A stretch of DNA of 64,000 nucleotides from Microgenomates group bacterium GW2011_GWC1_46_15 (GTDB lineage: Bacteria; Patescibacteriota; Microgenomatia; UBA1400; UBA12028): positions 30-64,029 of the forward strand of contig LCLX01000001.1 of assembly GCA_001002285.1 (NCBI GenBank), in the 5' to 3' direction. The stretch's first letter is position 1. The number at the start of each line of letters is the position of its first letter. The translations under genes and the position numbers were made by a program. Below, piece after piece: positions 38,715 through 47,512 of this stretch. A model generated the notes under the pieces. That model searched no databases. It was not told the origin of the DNA and saw nothing but the letters and a program-made list of their open reading frames with translations.

Positions 38715-39149
38715 TTACGGTTGCACGATCCTAAAAATCGTGATTTTTTCACCTACCCCCGTGAACACACTAATAAAGTTAATAATAATCCAACCGAGAA
38801 GGGCAACGACAATACCGGTAATGGCCATCGTAAGCGTTTTCTTTGCCGCATCAGTTGATTTTGGATTTCCACCAGAGGTGAGATACAAAAACGAACCAAT
38901 CAGCAACATCACAAACGCGGCAATGCCAATTGCGGTCATTGCAATACCAAGAATGTTTTGAACGACACACTCAGCGCCTTGTAGCGTGGCAACATCAGCG
39001 GTTCCTTCCGGAACTGTTTCAGTAGAGACACATCCGGACTGGATATCTTTCCATGACTTTGTTACTTGGGCGTGTGCCGGAGTTGGAGATGCTAAAACAG
39101 TGGCGAAGCAAAATACTGCAACAACGGAAGAAAAAAGAAACTTTCTCAT
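38715..39149 (-). CDS. T4SS pilin-like (VirB2/TrbC-like) protein with extended Cys-containing N-terminal domain (ORF track extends start to 39179)
   Basis: Signal peptide MRKFLFSSVVAVFCFATVLA; C-terminal LIGSFLYLTSGGNPKSTDAAKKTLTMAITGIVVALLGWIIINF matches paralog motif. Confidence 0.5.
   Translation of the reverse strand: MRKFLFSSVVAVFCFATVLASPTPAHAQVTKSWKDIQSGCVSTETVPEGTADVATLQGAECVVQNILGIAMTAIGIAAFVMLLIGSFLYLTSGGNPKSTDAAKKTLTMAITGIVVALLGWIIINFISVFTGVGEKITIFRIVQP
38725..38750 (+). terminator. rho-independent terminator (CACGAT-7 nt loop-ATCGTG + ATTTTTT)
   Basis: Perfect 6-bp stem plus T-run 15 nt after stop of the 1153-aa gene. Confidence 0.5.
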
Positions 39150-39183
39150 GGGGTCAATTGTAGCATACACGAAAACCAAAAGA

Positions 39184-39213
39184 CCTCCCTTGCGGGAGGC
39201 CTTCCAATTTCAA
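39184..39213 (-). terminator. rho-independent terminator (CCTCCCGCAAGGGAGG + TCTTTTGGTTTT on minus strand)
   Basis: Hairpin plus U-rich tail downstream of pilin gene 39258-39593. Confidence 0.5.
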
Positions 39214-39257
39214 ATCCCCTTTCAGAGGATTCTCTCTGTACACGGAAAAATTAAATT

Positions 39258-39593
39258 TTAGTACAACGGTTTAATGTTACTCAGATTGAAAATATCAATG
39301 CCGAACAAGAACGCGACAACCTGCATAAGCGCGTAGGACGCTGCAACAATGGCAAGGCCAACAAGCGCCGCGGTGATTTTTCCTCGAGCTGCTTCTGTCT
39401 TTCCCTTATCTCCGCCGGAAGTAATCCACTCAATGCCTCCGAGCACGAGATATGCGAACACGAGAATCGCGGCAACAATCAATGCGATTCCAAGGACGCG
39501 GGAAAACAACAAACCCAGATCAGTAATCAAAAACCCATTAGCCCTTGGGTCAATTGTAATAGGTGGCTTTGCCTGTGCAATCAACGCGAACAT
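39258..39593 (-). CDS. T4SS pilin-like small membrane protein (paralog 2)
   Basis: LVLGGIEWITSGGDKGKTEAARGKITAALVGLAIVAASYAL; two TM helices. Confidence 0.55.
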   Translation of the reverse strand: MFALIAQAKPPITIDPRANGFLITDLGLLFSRVLGIALIVAAILVFAYLVLGGIEWITSGGDKGKTEAARGKITAALVGLAIVAASYALMQVVAFLFGIDIFNLSNIKPLY

Positions 39594-39637
39594 ATTCCTC
39601 CTTTATTCACACGTATACCTGTATTGTACGGCGTGTT

Positions 39638-39949
39638 TTATAGTTTGACAATATCAATCCCAAACAGATACTGCAAGAGCCCAAAAAATGCAAACGATGC
39701 TGCGGTAATTGTTAACCCAATGATAGCGTTCGTGATGTCCTGGCGCGCGGCATCGAGTTTTCCTTTGTCTCCGCCGGCCGTTGTCCACTTTAGGCCGCCA
39801 AGAACGAGAAATGCAAACGTCGCAATGCCAGCCAATATTAAGCCAAAACCAGCAAATCTTCCAATAAATATACCCAAATCAAACTGCGTGTTCGGTGAAA
39901 CTTTTGCGAGTTCACCCCCGATGTCTACCGTTGCTTGAAAAAGTGTCAT
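39638..39949 (-). CDS. T4SS pilin-like small membrane protein (paralog 3)
   Basis: LVLGGLKWTTAGGDKGKLDAARQDITNAIIGLTITAASFAF. Confidence 0.55.
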   Translation of the reverse strand: MTLFQATVDIGGELAKVSPNTQFDLGIFIGRFAGFGLILAGIATFAFLVLGGLKWTTAGGDKGKLDAARQDITNAIIGLTITAASFAFFGLLQYLFGIDIVKL

Positions 39950-39983
39950 AAAAGTTTCTTTCTATTTTGTCGTTCCACCATTA

Positions 39984-40337
39984 TTAATTAAGCACACTAA
40001 AATCTGGCTTCAATAAATTAATGCCAAGCGGCCCACTCAGGAATGTGCTGATTGCCGCGACAGAACTCAACACAACAAATCCGATAACCGCTTGAATGAT
40101 GCGCTCTTTTGCTTGCTCAATCTTTCCTTTTTCTCCACCCGCGGTAATCCAGTAGAATCCGCCAACGAGAAGATACAAAATAATGCCGAGACCACCCACA
40201 ATAATGGCGGTCTGCCAGAGGACAGCAATATATTTTGCCAGTACGCCAGCTGCCGCGGCTGGAGTACTTGCATTCGACACATCGCCCGGTAACGCGGGGT
40301 TTGTAATTTGCGTGACAAGTGTTGACAAAATTATCAT
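39984..40337 (-). CDS. T4SS pilin-like small membrane protein (paralog 4)
   Basis: LLVGGFYWITAGGEKGKIEQAKERIIQAVIGFVVLSSVAAI. Confidence 0.55.
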   Translation of the reverse strand: MIILSTLVTQITNPALPGDVSNASTPAAAAGVLAKYIAVLWQTAIIVGGLGIILYLLVGGFYWITAGGEKGKIEQAKERIIQAVIGFVVLSSVAAISTFLSGPLGINLLKPDFSVLN

Positions 40338-40711
40338 TTAAACAACCCTCCAAGTGCCGTTGCGGGATTTAAGATACTCAATCCGAGCACACCACCCACA
40401 ATCCCAATAATGGCTTGTGAAACAATAACGATAATAAGCCCAATTGCGGCGTTTGTTAACTGTGTGCGCGCTGCCTCAACTTTACCCTTTTCACCGCCAG
40501 CCGAAAGCCACGCGAGACCTCCGAACACAAAGTACATGAGGAACATAAGACCGCCAACGATTGTGAAGAAACCAAGGAGGACGGAGAGAAACTGCTCGAT
40601 GGGTTGGCCGCCGACATTTGCGCCACTGGCATCGAAATTAGGTTGGAAGTTTTCCGCTCCTGGTCCGGTAATGGTTCCTTCAAGTGGATTTTGTGCAAGA
40701 AATGTTTTCAT
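40334..40711 (-). CDS. T4SS pilin-like small membrane protein (paralog 5)
   Basis: FVFGGLAWLSAGGEKGKVEAARTQLTNAAIGLIIVIVSQAI. Confidence 0.55.
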   Translation of the reverse strand: MKTFLAQNPLEGTITGPGAENFQPNFDASGANVGGQPIEQFLSVLLGFFTIVGGLMFLMYFVFGGLAWLSAGGEKGKVEAARTQLTNAAIGLIIVIVSQAIIGIVGGVLGLSILNPATALGGLFK

Positions 40712-40717
40712 ATTAAT

Positions 40718-41140
40718 TTATAAGTATTCGTTTTGTCCCCCACCACCGCCCCCACCTGGTGTTTGAATTGTTTCTTCCGGTCCCTTCAACTGTGGTTTCA
40801 AGAAAAACGTTGGATCCTTAAACAACACCCACCCCATCACCGCCATAATTGCTGGTGCCATAATCATCAACACAATGCCAAGCAAGCTCATGTTTAACTT
40901 GCTTAGTACTTTTTCGTGTGCCTTTGCGTCACCAGAACCAGTTAAGTAAAGATACCCAGCAGTGATAATATTGAATAGTGCGAACAACCCGCCCGATAAC
41001 ACAATAAGCGTAAGCATATTAGAGATAAAAACAATAAGACCGCCGCTTGTCCCATATGCTTTAAGTGCTTCGGGTTGCGTAATTGTTCCAAAAAAAGTTT
41101 CCATTTCACTCGATGTTTGTGCGAGAAATGTTGTTAGCAT
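40718..41140 (-). CDS. divergent pilin-like small membrane protein (paralog 6)
   Basis: YLYLTGSGDAKAHEKVLSKLNMSLLGIVLMIMAPAIMAV; C-terminal GGGGGG tail. Confidence 0.4.
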   Translation of the reverse strand: MLTTFLAQTSSEMETFFGTITQPEALKAYGTSGGLIVFISNMLTLIVLSGGLFALFNIITAGYLYLTGSGDAKAHEKVLSKLNMSLLGIVLMIMAPAIMAVMGWVLFKDPTFFLKPQLKGPEETIQTPGGGGGGGQNEYL

Positions 41141-41161
41141 AATAAGTTCTTCTATCGTGCG

Positions 41162-41482
41162 TTAAAACGATAAAATCTGCAACCCCGTTACAATTTGTAT
41201 GATCTGGATGATCCAGTACGACGCAAAGATTACGAGAAATCCAATGACCGCGCCGGTAATCGCCTGTGTTCCTTTTTCAAGTCCTTTTGGATCTCCTCCT
41301 GAGGAAATTATACTGAACCCACCAAACACAAGCAAGGCAAACACAATAAGTCCGGCGGCGATGTACGCGTTGGGCAACAATGTATTAATGAAGGCGGCAG
41401 GAGTTCCAAACGTGTCGGCAACAGTTTGAGTTTTATTGAGAAGAAATTTCTCTTTTAAATTAACTGCAGCCAAGAGATTCAT
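41162..41482 (-). CDS. T4SS pilin-like small membrane protein (paralog 7)
   Basis: LLVFGGFSIISSGGDPKGLEKGTQAITGAVIGFLVIFASYWIIQIIQIVTGLQILSF. Confidence 0.55.
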   Translation of the reverse strand: MNLLAAVNLKEKFLLNKTQTVADTFGTPAAFINTLLPNAYIAAGLIVFALLVFGGFSIISSGGDPKGLEKGTQAITGAVIGFLVIFASYWIIQIIQIVTGLQILSF

Positions 41483-41514
41483 ACTGATATTGTAGCACAG
41501 GGCAAGTTCGGGAC

Positions 41515-41907
41515 TTACTGCGTAGTTCCCGACCCCGTTGCTGTTTGTCCCGCGGTTGGTGTTGGCGAAGGTGTTGGTGTTGGACTAGGATTGTTTTTTG
41601 CCGCTCCACCGCCCCCGCCGTTGCCATTTTTGCCAACTTCTTCAACTTCTTGCGTCACTGTAAACGACGCTAACTCATCGACACTAAATATTCTTCGCTT
41701 CTTAAGATCTTCAAGCGCCTGCGTGTTAATAATGGGACTCAACGAAAGAATTTGTTGTTTCACATTCGGCGTGAGCGTATTTTTACGCAGTGAAAAATAC
41801 ACGCCCAATCCAATCCATACAACCGCGGCGAGCAAGCCGAACACAAGAATGTACAGCAGATCTTTACGCTTGAGGAGTGATGAAAGTTTTGACGTGTTTG
41901 GGTTCAT
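41515..41907 (-). CDS. small membrane protein with Gly-rich and TPTPSPTPT low-complexity C-terminus
   Basis: 130 aa, single TM. Confidence 0.35.
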   Translation of the reverse strand: MNPNTSKLSSLLKRKDLLYILVFGLLAAVVWIGLGVYFSLRKNTLTPNVKQQILSLSPIINTQALEDLKKRRIFSVDELASFTVTQEVEEVGKNGNGGGGGAAKNNPSPTPTPSPTPTAGQTATGSGTTQ

Positions 41908-41924
41908 ATTTTTGATACCTTTGG

Positions 41925-42674
41925 TTATTTCTTTACTGCCACTGGAGCAACTCCATAGTATGCGGCTCTCAGTGTTGCCTTTGCTTGCAGGAGAGGGTTG
42001 GTTTGAACGACTGCCGCTCCGCGCGCGGTTTGCTGATCTTGTTGATTAATAATGAGCGTATCTACGGTTAAGTATCGGTCAGCGGAAAGAAGTGCTTGAA
42101 AAAAGTCATGAATGTCTAAGTAGGAACCTTTAACCGAAATAGTGAGAAGGAATGCGGTAACGGCATTTTGTTGGGGCACCGCGGGGGTTGCTGACGAAGT
42201 TTTTGCTGCTGGTTTTTGCCCAGGTTGTGCCGATTGTTCTGGGGTTTGACCGTCAGGAGTTGTTTCGCGCGGAACGCTACTGGTTTGAACGCTGGAAAGC
42301 ACAACGTTGTGTTCTGATGCAATTTTTTCAATCCGGCGAAGTAACCCATCAATATCCGGTGTATTTGGAAGAGCAAGATCAAGCAGCGCTAAATCTTTTT
42401 GAAGCGCGAGTACCTCATTGCTTGTGGTGGAAAGCGCGGCGATTTTCTTTGTGAGCGCCTGGTCGGTCGTCTTTCTATCAGCAATATCTTTGAGCAATTG
42501 AGACATTGTGGTCAGCGTTGGCCCGATGGCGGCGAGCGCTAAAAACATAACCGCCACGATGGTAATAATGAGTTCAGTGGAAACTTTCGCGATGGGTTTT
42601 TGGTAGAACTTTTGCAGTTCCTGCATCGAGCGGTTACGGATCATGCTGAAGGTGACGCGGATTGGTGTGCTCAT
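41925..42674 (-). CDS. type IV pilus assembly protein PilO-like
   Basis: 249 aa; N-terminal TM, coiled coil, C-terminal LTISVKGSYLDIHDFFQALLSADRYLTVDTLII PilO-like. Confidence 0.5.
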   Translation of the reverse strand: MSTPIRVTFSMIRNRSMQELQKFYQKPIAKVSTELIITIVAVMFLALAAIGPTLTTMSQLLKDIADRKTTDQALTKKIAALSTTSNEVLALQKDLALLDLALPNTPDIDGLLRRIEKIASEHNVVLSSVQTSSVPRETTPDGQTPEQSAQPGQKPAAKTSSATPAVPQQNAVTAFLLTISVKGSYLDIHDFFQALLSADRYLTVDTLIINQQDQQTARGAAVVQTNPLLQAKATLRAAYYGVAPVAVKK

Positions 42675-42691
42675 AATTTTTACATAGCGCT

Positions 42692-43240
42692 TTATTTTGC
42701 CAGCGCGATCCTCATCGTAAACTCAAATCCCGCTAGCCCCTGGTCCGAGCTTTTTACTTGATCAACAACGAGACCTTTTACAAGTGATTTTCTCTGTAAA
42801 TTTACGATAAAGATCGCCAAATCTTTAGATGACGGCGCTGTTCCCACAACCTGCACTTGTTGGTCATGGAGTTGTGTAACAGAAAGAACAACATTTGGAG
42901 GAATAAGTGTGGAAACAACGTCAAGAATGTCCAGCGGTGTGAGTAGCGCTTTTTGCTGGGTCAAAAACTCTGTTTTCTTTTGAATTGTTCGTATATCGTT
43001 TTCGAGTGATCCATACGAGCTGATGAGGTTAGATTTTTGAGTAATGCCAGAATTGAGATCGGTGAGATCGCGGTCCAGTTTAAACCGCGTCGCAAAGCTG
43101 ATAATCACGACGAGTTCAGTAAAAACCACGAGGTATCGCCCAATGTTTGATGCCCACAGCAACATCCGTCCAAGCGCCGTTTCGTAAAACGGGTCCTGCG
43201 GCATAAGATTAATAGAAAGTGGGCGAGGCTTTGTTGTCAT
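42692..43240 (-). CDS. type IV pilus assembly protein PilN-like (ORF track start 43561 probably over-extended)
   Basis: Start at MTTKPRPLSINLMPQD; TM, coiled coil, PilN-like C-terminus. Confidence 0.5.
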   Translation of the reverse strand: MTTKPRPLSINLMPQDPFYETALGRMLLWASNIGRYLVVFTELVVIISFATRFKLDRDLTDLNSGITQKSNLISSYGSLENDIRTIQKKTEFLTQQKALLTPLDILDVVSTLIPPNVVLSVTQLHDQQVQVVGTAPSSKDLAIFIVNLQRKSLVKGLVVDQVKSSDQGLAGFEFTMRIALAK

Positions 43241-43296
43241 GGTGTTGGTGTACGATGGGAGTACAATACAGGCTGTCCATTTCGTACGGAAAAAGT

Positions 43297-43839
43297 ATGA
43301 CAGAAAACACACTGATCTTCCAGCTGAAAAAGGGGAGCGCGCAGGCGGTGGAACGGTGGTACGCGGAGTACTCCAAACGACTATTCCGTTTTGTTGTGTT
43401 AAAAGTGTCAAATACACACGATGCCGAGGAGATTTGCCATGATACGTTTTTATCCTGCCTAGAAAGTCTGCCGGTGTTCCGCGAAAACTCCTCATTGTGG
43501 ACGTGGATGTGTTCGGTCGCGCGGCACGAAATTGCTGATTACTTCCGCAAGCGCTACGCAAAAAAATTGTTACGCATGGTGCCGTTTAGCGATGCGGTGT
43601 TGCCCGAAAGTTATCTTGATATGCATGAAACATCAGATGCAGTGCGCGCCGTTTTACATGCTTTGCCGATCCGTGACCGCGAACTTCTCATCTTGAAGTA
43701 TATTGATCGGTTGAGTGTGCAGAACATTGCCAGCAAGCTAAATATGAAGTTTAAGGCTGTTGAGTCGGCGTTGTTCCGCGCGCGCAAGGCGTTTCAGGCG
43801 GTATATGCGCAGCAAGAAGAAAACGTTGAGGAAAAGTAA
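43297..43839 (+). CDS. ECF-type RNA polymerase sigma-70 family factor (ORF track start 43219)
   Basis: Region 2 FRFVVLKVSNTHDAEEICHDTFL; region 4 HTH LSVQNIASKLNMKFKAVESALFRARKAF. Confidence 0.8.
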   Translation: MTENTLIFQLKKGSAQAVERWYAEYSKRLFRFVVLKVSNTHDAEEICHDTFLSCLESLPVFRENSSLWTWMCSVARHEIADYFRKRYAKKLLRMVPFSDAVLPESYLDMHETSDAVRAVLHALPIRDRELLILKYIDRLSVQNIASKLNMKFKAVESALFRARKAFQAVYAQQEENVEEK

Positions 43840-43841
43840 AC

Positions 43842-44081
43842 ATGAAATCACACGATAAAACATTTATTCAGGCGATGCAAAATATCGCAAAAGAACAGAA
43901 GGTTTTGATGGAGACTTCACCGTTTCCGCAGTGGTTTGGGCCGGTTAATGCGCTGGTATTAAACCATGCGCTGGTTACGATTGTGGCATTATCGCTTGGA
44001 GTAAGTATGGTTATTTTTGTTCTGTATTTCCGATTTTTCTTTGCATTGGCGGTAGGAATGGCAGGAGGTCTAGGACTATGA
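43842..44081 (+). CDS. small membrane protein (possible anti-sigma factor)
   Basis: 79 aa, one or two TM, immediately after ECF sigma. Confidence 0.3.
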   Translation: MKSHDKTFIQAMQNIAKEQKVLMETSPFPQWFGPVNALVLNHALVTIVALSLGVSMVIFVLYFRFFFALAVGMAGGLGL

Positions 44082-44395
44082 AAATCAAATTTGTTTCATG
44101 GTCCATGGGATACAGTGTTTTTCAGGTCGTGCAAGGATTGTTGATTCACCCATACCAAACGATGCGGCAAGTGGTCCGCGAGCGCGTTTTTATTTGGTTG
44201 AGTTTCTCGCCCGTTTTTTTGTGGATTTTTGGTCTGGCGATTTGGAGGATTCTTGAGGTGTTACTCCTTCGCGTCATTCCGTATCCCAATGGCTGGATGT
44301 TTTTGGCGCTGTGGTTCACCACGGCGATTGGGATGTACCAGGTATTGCTGGCCTATTTGTTGGTGCGCTTTCTCTCGGTGGCCAGGCCTGAATGA
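44078..44395 (+). CDS. small membrane protein
   Basis: 105 aa, three predicted TM helices, overlaps upstream gene by 4 nt. Confidence 0.3.
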   Translation: MKIKFVSWSMGYSVFQVVQGLLIHPYQTMRQVVRERVFIWLSFSPVFLWIFGLAIWRILEVLLLRVIPYPNGWMFLALWFTTAIGMYQVLLAYLLVRFLSVARPE

Positions 44396-44424
44396 TTTTA
44401 TCCCCCTTTTGCGACTAACGGTGC

Positions 44425-44754
44425 ATGCCTCCGCAAACAGAACATCTTACACCAGAAGAAGTGGATGTATTGATTGAGGACTCGATTACGCACTATCCTA
44501 CCCCTGGTACAGGAGCTGGAGGTGGAACGAGTTCAAGTATTCCAATGTGGCATCGGACAAATTGGGAGCGATTACATCTCCCAGGCATGAAGTTCTGTCC
44601 AACGTGTCAGGAAAAAGGAGAAAATCCTTTTCGATTAGGAACACGGCGATGTTGTCAGATTTGCGGGACAGTACTAGAATCTCAGCCACCACAGGAAAGC
44701 CAAGCAGTAATGTTGAGCGCGCCCATAATGCGGGCGCTTGTATCGAAAGAATAA
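44425..44754 (+). CDS. hypothetical zinc-ribbon protein
   Basis: CPTCQ...CCQICG. Confidence 0.3.
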   Translation: MPPQTEHLTPEEVDVLIEDSITHYPTPGTGAGGGTSSSIPMWHRTNWERLHLPGMKFCPTCQEKGENPFRLGTRRCCQICGTVLESQPPQESQAVMLSAPIMRALVSKE

Positions 44755-44757
44755 TAT

Positions 44758-45300
44758 ATGGCGACACACCTCATTCTTGTTGATAAAAACGACAATCAGG
44801 TAGGGGCGACTGATGTTTTGGATGCCCACCGTGGTGATGCAAAGCGTCATCGAGCCATTTCCGTGTTTTTATTCAACGAAAAAGGCGAACTTCTCATGCA
44901 ACAGCGAAGCGCAAAAAAAATTGTCGGCGCGCTCCAATGGGCAAATGCGTGTTGTGGAAATGTTCACGATGGAGAAACACGCGAAGCATGTGCACACTGC
45001 CGATTAAAAGAAGAGTTGGGAATCACCGATGTTGTTTTGAAGCCATTGTGCACATTTGAGTATCATGTTCAGTGCAATCCAAAGTTCAGCGAGTGGGAAA
45101 TAGACCAAGTGTTTGTCGGGGAGTATGATGGTGCAGTTCAACCGAATCCAGATGAAGTAAAAGCATACGCGTTTATGAAGATCGCGGATATTGAACGCCA
45201 AACAAAGTCGAAAAAAGAAATGTACACGCCGTGGTTCCACATCTTTCTGAAAAACAAAAACGTACACGATGAAATACAAAGGAGGGCGTATGCCAAATAG
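44758..45300 (+). CDS. idi: isopentenyl-diphosphate delta-isomerase, type 1 (Nudix fold)
   Basis: LILVDKNDNQVGATDVLDAHRGDAKRHRAISVFLFNEKGELLMQQRSAKKI...CCGNVHDGETREACAHCRLKEELGI. Confidence 0.8.
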   Translation: MATHLILVDKNDNQVGATDVLDAHRGDAKRHRAISVFLFNEKGELLMQQRSAKKIVGALQWANACCGNVHDGETREACAHCRLKEELGITDVVLKPLCTFEYHVQCNPKFSEWEIDQVFVGEYDGAVQPNPDEVKAYAFMKIADIERQTKSKKEMYTPWFHIFLKNKNVHDEIQRRAYAK

Positions 45301-45559
45301 TGAAGGTGTAAAAATATATGTGTCGATGCGCGGGTTATTGGATAATGATGTACAGCGCGTGTTAACATTTCTCGCGCCGGATGAGTCGCAAAGAATCATG
45401 CACCTCGTTGGCGGCGAAGATGGATATACATATGAGCTTGTCAGCGGAGAAGGGGAGACAGAAACAGATTTACAACGGGCGGTTGAAGATTGTTTGAATC
45501 GTTTTTCCGGAGTTTCTTATACATTTATCGCAAAACTCGTACAAGAATTTGCGTTTTAA
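45269..45559 (+). CDS. hypothetical protein
   Basis: 96 aa ORF overlapping idi 3' end; no motif. Confidence 0.25.
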   Translation: MKYKGGRMPNSEGVKIYVSMRGLLDNDVQRVLTFLAPDESQRIMHLVGGEDGYTYELVSGEGETETDLQRAVEDCLNRFSGVSYTFIAKLVQEFAF

Positions 45560-46379
45560 GCGTCATACTCTATGTATGAAAAAGAAAAACGTTGTTCTCA
45601 TCAAACTCGGCGGCTCTATTATCACCAACAAAGATATTCCCATGTCGTTACGGCAGGACGCATTAGATAGATTAGTGCATGAAATTGTCCGCGCACGCCA
45701 AGAGCAAAAAGACACATTGTTCGTCGTTGGCCACGGCCAGGGGAGTTTTGCCCACGTGCCGGCGGTGAAGTATCAAACAATGCAGGGATTTGTGAACGAT
45801 GAAAGCCCAATGGGTATGGCGATTGTTCAGGACTCTGCGGCTCAACTCAACCGCATCGTTGTCCGCGCGTTTCTTCAGCAAGGAGTCCCCGCGGTGTCGT
45901 TATACCCAAGCAATAGCCTGGTTACGAACGCGCGCAAACCAGTAGCATACTTTACCGATGTATTCGAGCAGTATCTCCGCCTAGGAATGTTTCCTGTAAC
46001 GGGCGGTGACGTGATTGCAGATGAAAAACAAGGGTGCACGATTTGGTCCACAGAGGAAGTGTTGTCATTTTTTGCTCAGCAGTTTGTTAAAAAAGGATGG
46101 CACATTACAGGTATTTTTCATATTGTTGAAGTTGATGGCGTGTATGATCTCAACAAGCGCCTGGTTTCAAGGATCACGTACAAAAATTGGCCAAAAATAA
46201 AACAGGCGATTACCTGTACAAAGGGATTTGATGTGACCGGCGGAATGGGATTAAAGGTTGAGGAGTCATTGGCACTCGCAAAACTCGGGATTCCATCAAA
46301 TATTCTTTCGGGACTTGTAAAAGACAATGTGTACAACGCTTTGGTTGGAAAACAGTGGAAAGGGACAGAAATCCTCTAG
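45549..46379 (+). CDS. isopentenyl phosphate kinase (amino-acid-kinase fold; archaeal-type mevalonate pathway enzyme)
   Basis: LIKLGGSIITNK, VVGHGQGSFAHVPAVKY, PAVSLYPS, DVTGGMGLKV, C-terminal GTEI; aligns motif-by-motif with archaeal IPK. Confidence 0.75.
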   Translation: MRFKRHTLCMKKKNVVLIKLGGSIITNKDIPMSLRQDALDRLVHEIVRARQEQKDTLFVVGHGQGSFAHVPAVKYQTMQGFVNDESPMGMAIVQDSAAQLNRIVVRAFLQQGVPAVSLYPSNSLVTNARKPVAYFTDVFEQYLRLGMFPVTGGDVIADEKQGCTIWSTEEVLSFFAQQFVKKGWHITGIFHIVEVDGVYDLNKRLVSRITYKNWPKIKQAITCTKGFDVTGGMGLKVEESLALAKLGIPSNILSGLVKDNVYNALVGKQWKGTEIL

Positions 46380-46401
46380 AGATTCTGGTACAATACTGCC
46401 T

Positions 46402-47106
46402 ATGAACGCCTCGAAAAACACCATAAAACACATCGCCATCATCATGGATGGCAACCGCAGATGGGCAAAAAAACAGGGGTTGGGTGCAATCAATGGTCAC
46501 CAGCATGTTGTAGATAATATTATCGAGCCACTCGTTGATCGGTGCATCGAACTCGGGATCAAATACCTCACGTTTTGGGCGTTCAGCACAGAAAACTGGG
46601 AGCGCGACAAAATGGAGCTGGAAGGCATGATGCAGTTGTTTCGCCACGCATTTGAGCGGAAAGTTGAAGATCTGCATAAAAAAGGAGTACGGCTGCAGAT
46701 TTTAGGTGAAATTGATAAGTTTCCAAAAGACATTGCGGAGCAGGCGAGGCGGTGGGTAGAGATTTCTAAAAACAACACAAATATTACTGCGAGTTTTGCG
46801 CTCAACTATGGTGGCCGCGACGAAATCACGCGCGCGATCAAAAAGATGGTGCAGCTCAATCCAAGTTTAGTTGCTAATCAAGTGACCGAACAAAAAATTC
46901 AGTCATATCTTGATACCACTGATATGCCTGATCCCGACTTAATTATCCGCCCCGGTGGCCAACTCCGGCTTTCCGGATTTATGCCATGGCAGGGAGTGTA
47001 TAGCGAGTTGTACTTCACTGATGTGTTGATGCCTGAGTTTACCGTTGCGGAGTTAGACAAAGCATTAGCTGATTTTACCGCGCGCCAAAGACGGTTTGGA
47101 AAATAA
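46402..47106 (+). CDS. uppS: undecaprenyl-diphosphate synthase (ORF track start 46327)
   Basis: HIAIIMDGNRRWA, YLTFWAFSTENWERD, IRPGGQLRLSGFMPWQ. Confidence 0.9.
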   Translation: MNASKNTIKHIAIIMDGNRRWAKKQGLGAINGHQHVVDNIIEPLVDRCIELGIKYLTFWAFSTENWERDKMELEGMMQLFRHAFERKVEDLHKKGVRLQILGEIDKFPKDIAEQARRWVEISKNNTNITASFALNYGGRDEITRAIKKMVQLNPSLVANQVTEQKIQSYLDTTDMPDPDLIIRPGGQLRLSGFMPWQGVYSELYFTDVLMPEFTVAELDKALADFTARQRRFGK

Positions 47107-47139
47107 CACCAGGCGTTTTGAGTTTCTCCAAGCAGATAT

Positions 47140-47502
47140 TTACCCAAGAATGGTAATGCCGAACACAATTTGAAGAAGTTGTGCAATCCAGTACGATGCG
47201 AAAAGAAGAACAAATCCGATGACCGCTGCCGTCATGCGCTGCTTTCCCGCTTCTTGTGATTTTGGTTCCGCTGCACCAGTGAGCATTTCGAACCCACCCC
47301 AAATGAACATGAGAAAAAGGATAATCCCGCCAAAAGTGAGAAGGTACGGAAGGAGCGCAGAAAGAATGCCGCCGGGGGTATCAAGACCTTCCTTGAGGCC
47401 AATCGCGCCTTCGATGGTAGACATAATTTCGGAAGTTGCTCCGCCAGAACTTCTCCCAAAAGGATTTGCCCCGCCATTTTGTGCAAGAAGCATACCAATC
47501 AT
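47140..47502 (-). CDS. T4SS pilin-like small membrane protein (paralog 8, remote from main array)
   Basis: LMFIWGGFEMLTGAAEPKSQEAGKQRMTAAVIGFVLLFASYWIAQLLQIVFGITILG, near-identical C-terminus to paralog 7. Confidence 0.5.
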   Translation of the reverse strand: MIGMLLAQNGGANPFGRSSGGATSEIMSTIEGAIGLKEGLDTPGGILSALLPYLLTFGGIILFLMFIWGGFEMLTGAAEPKSQEAGKQRMTAAVIGFVLLFASYWIAQLLQIVFGITILG

Positions 47503-47512
47503 ATGACGACCC

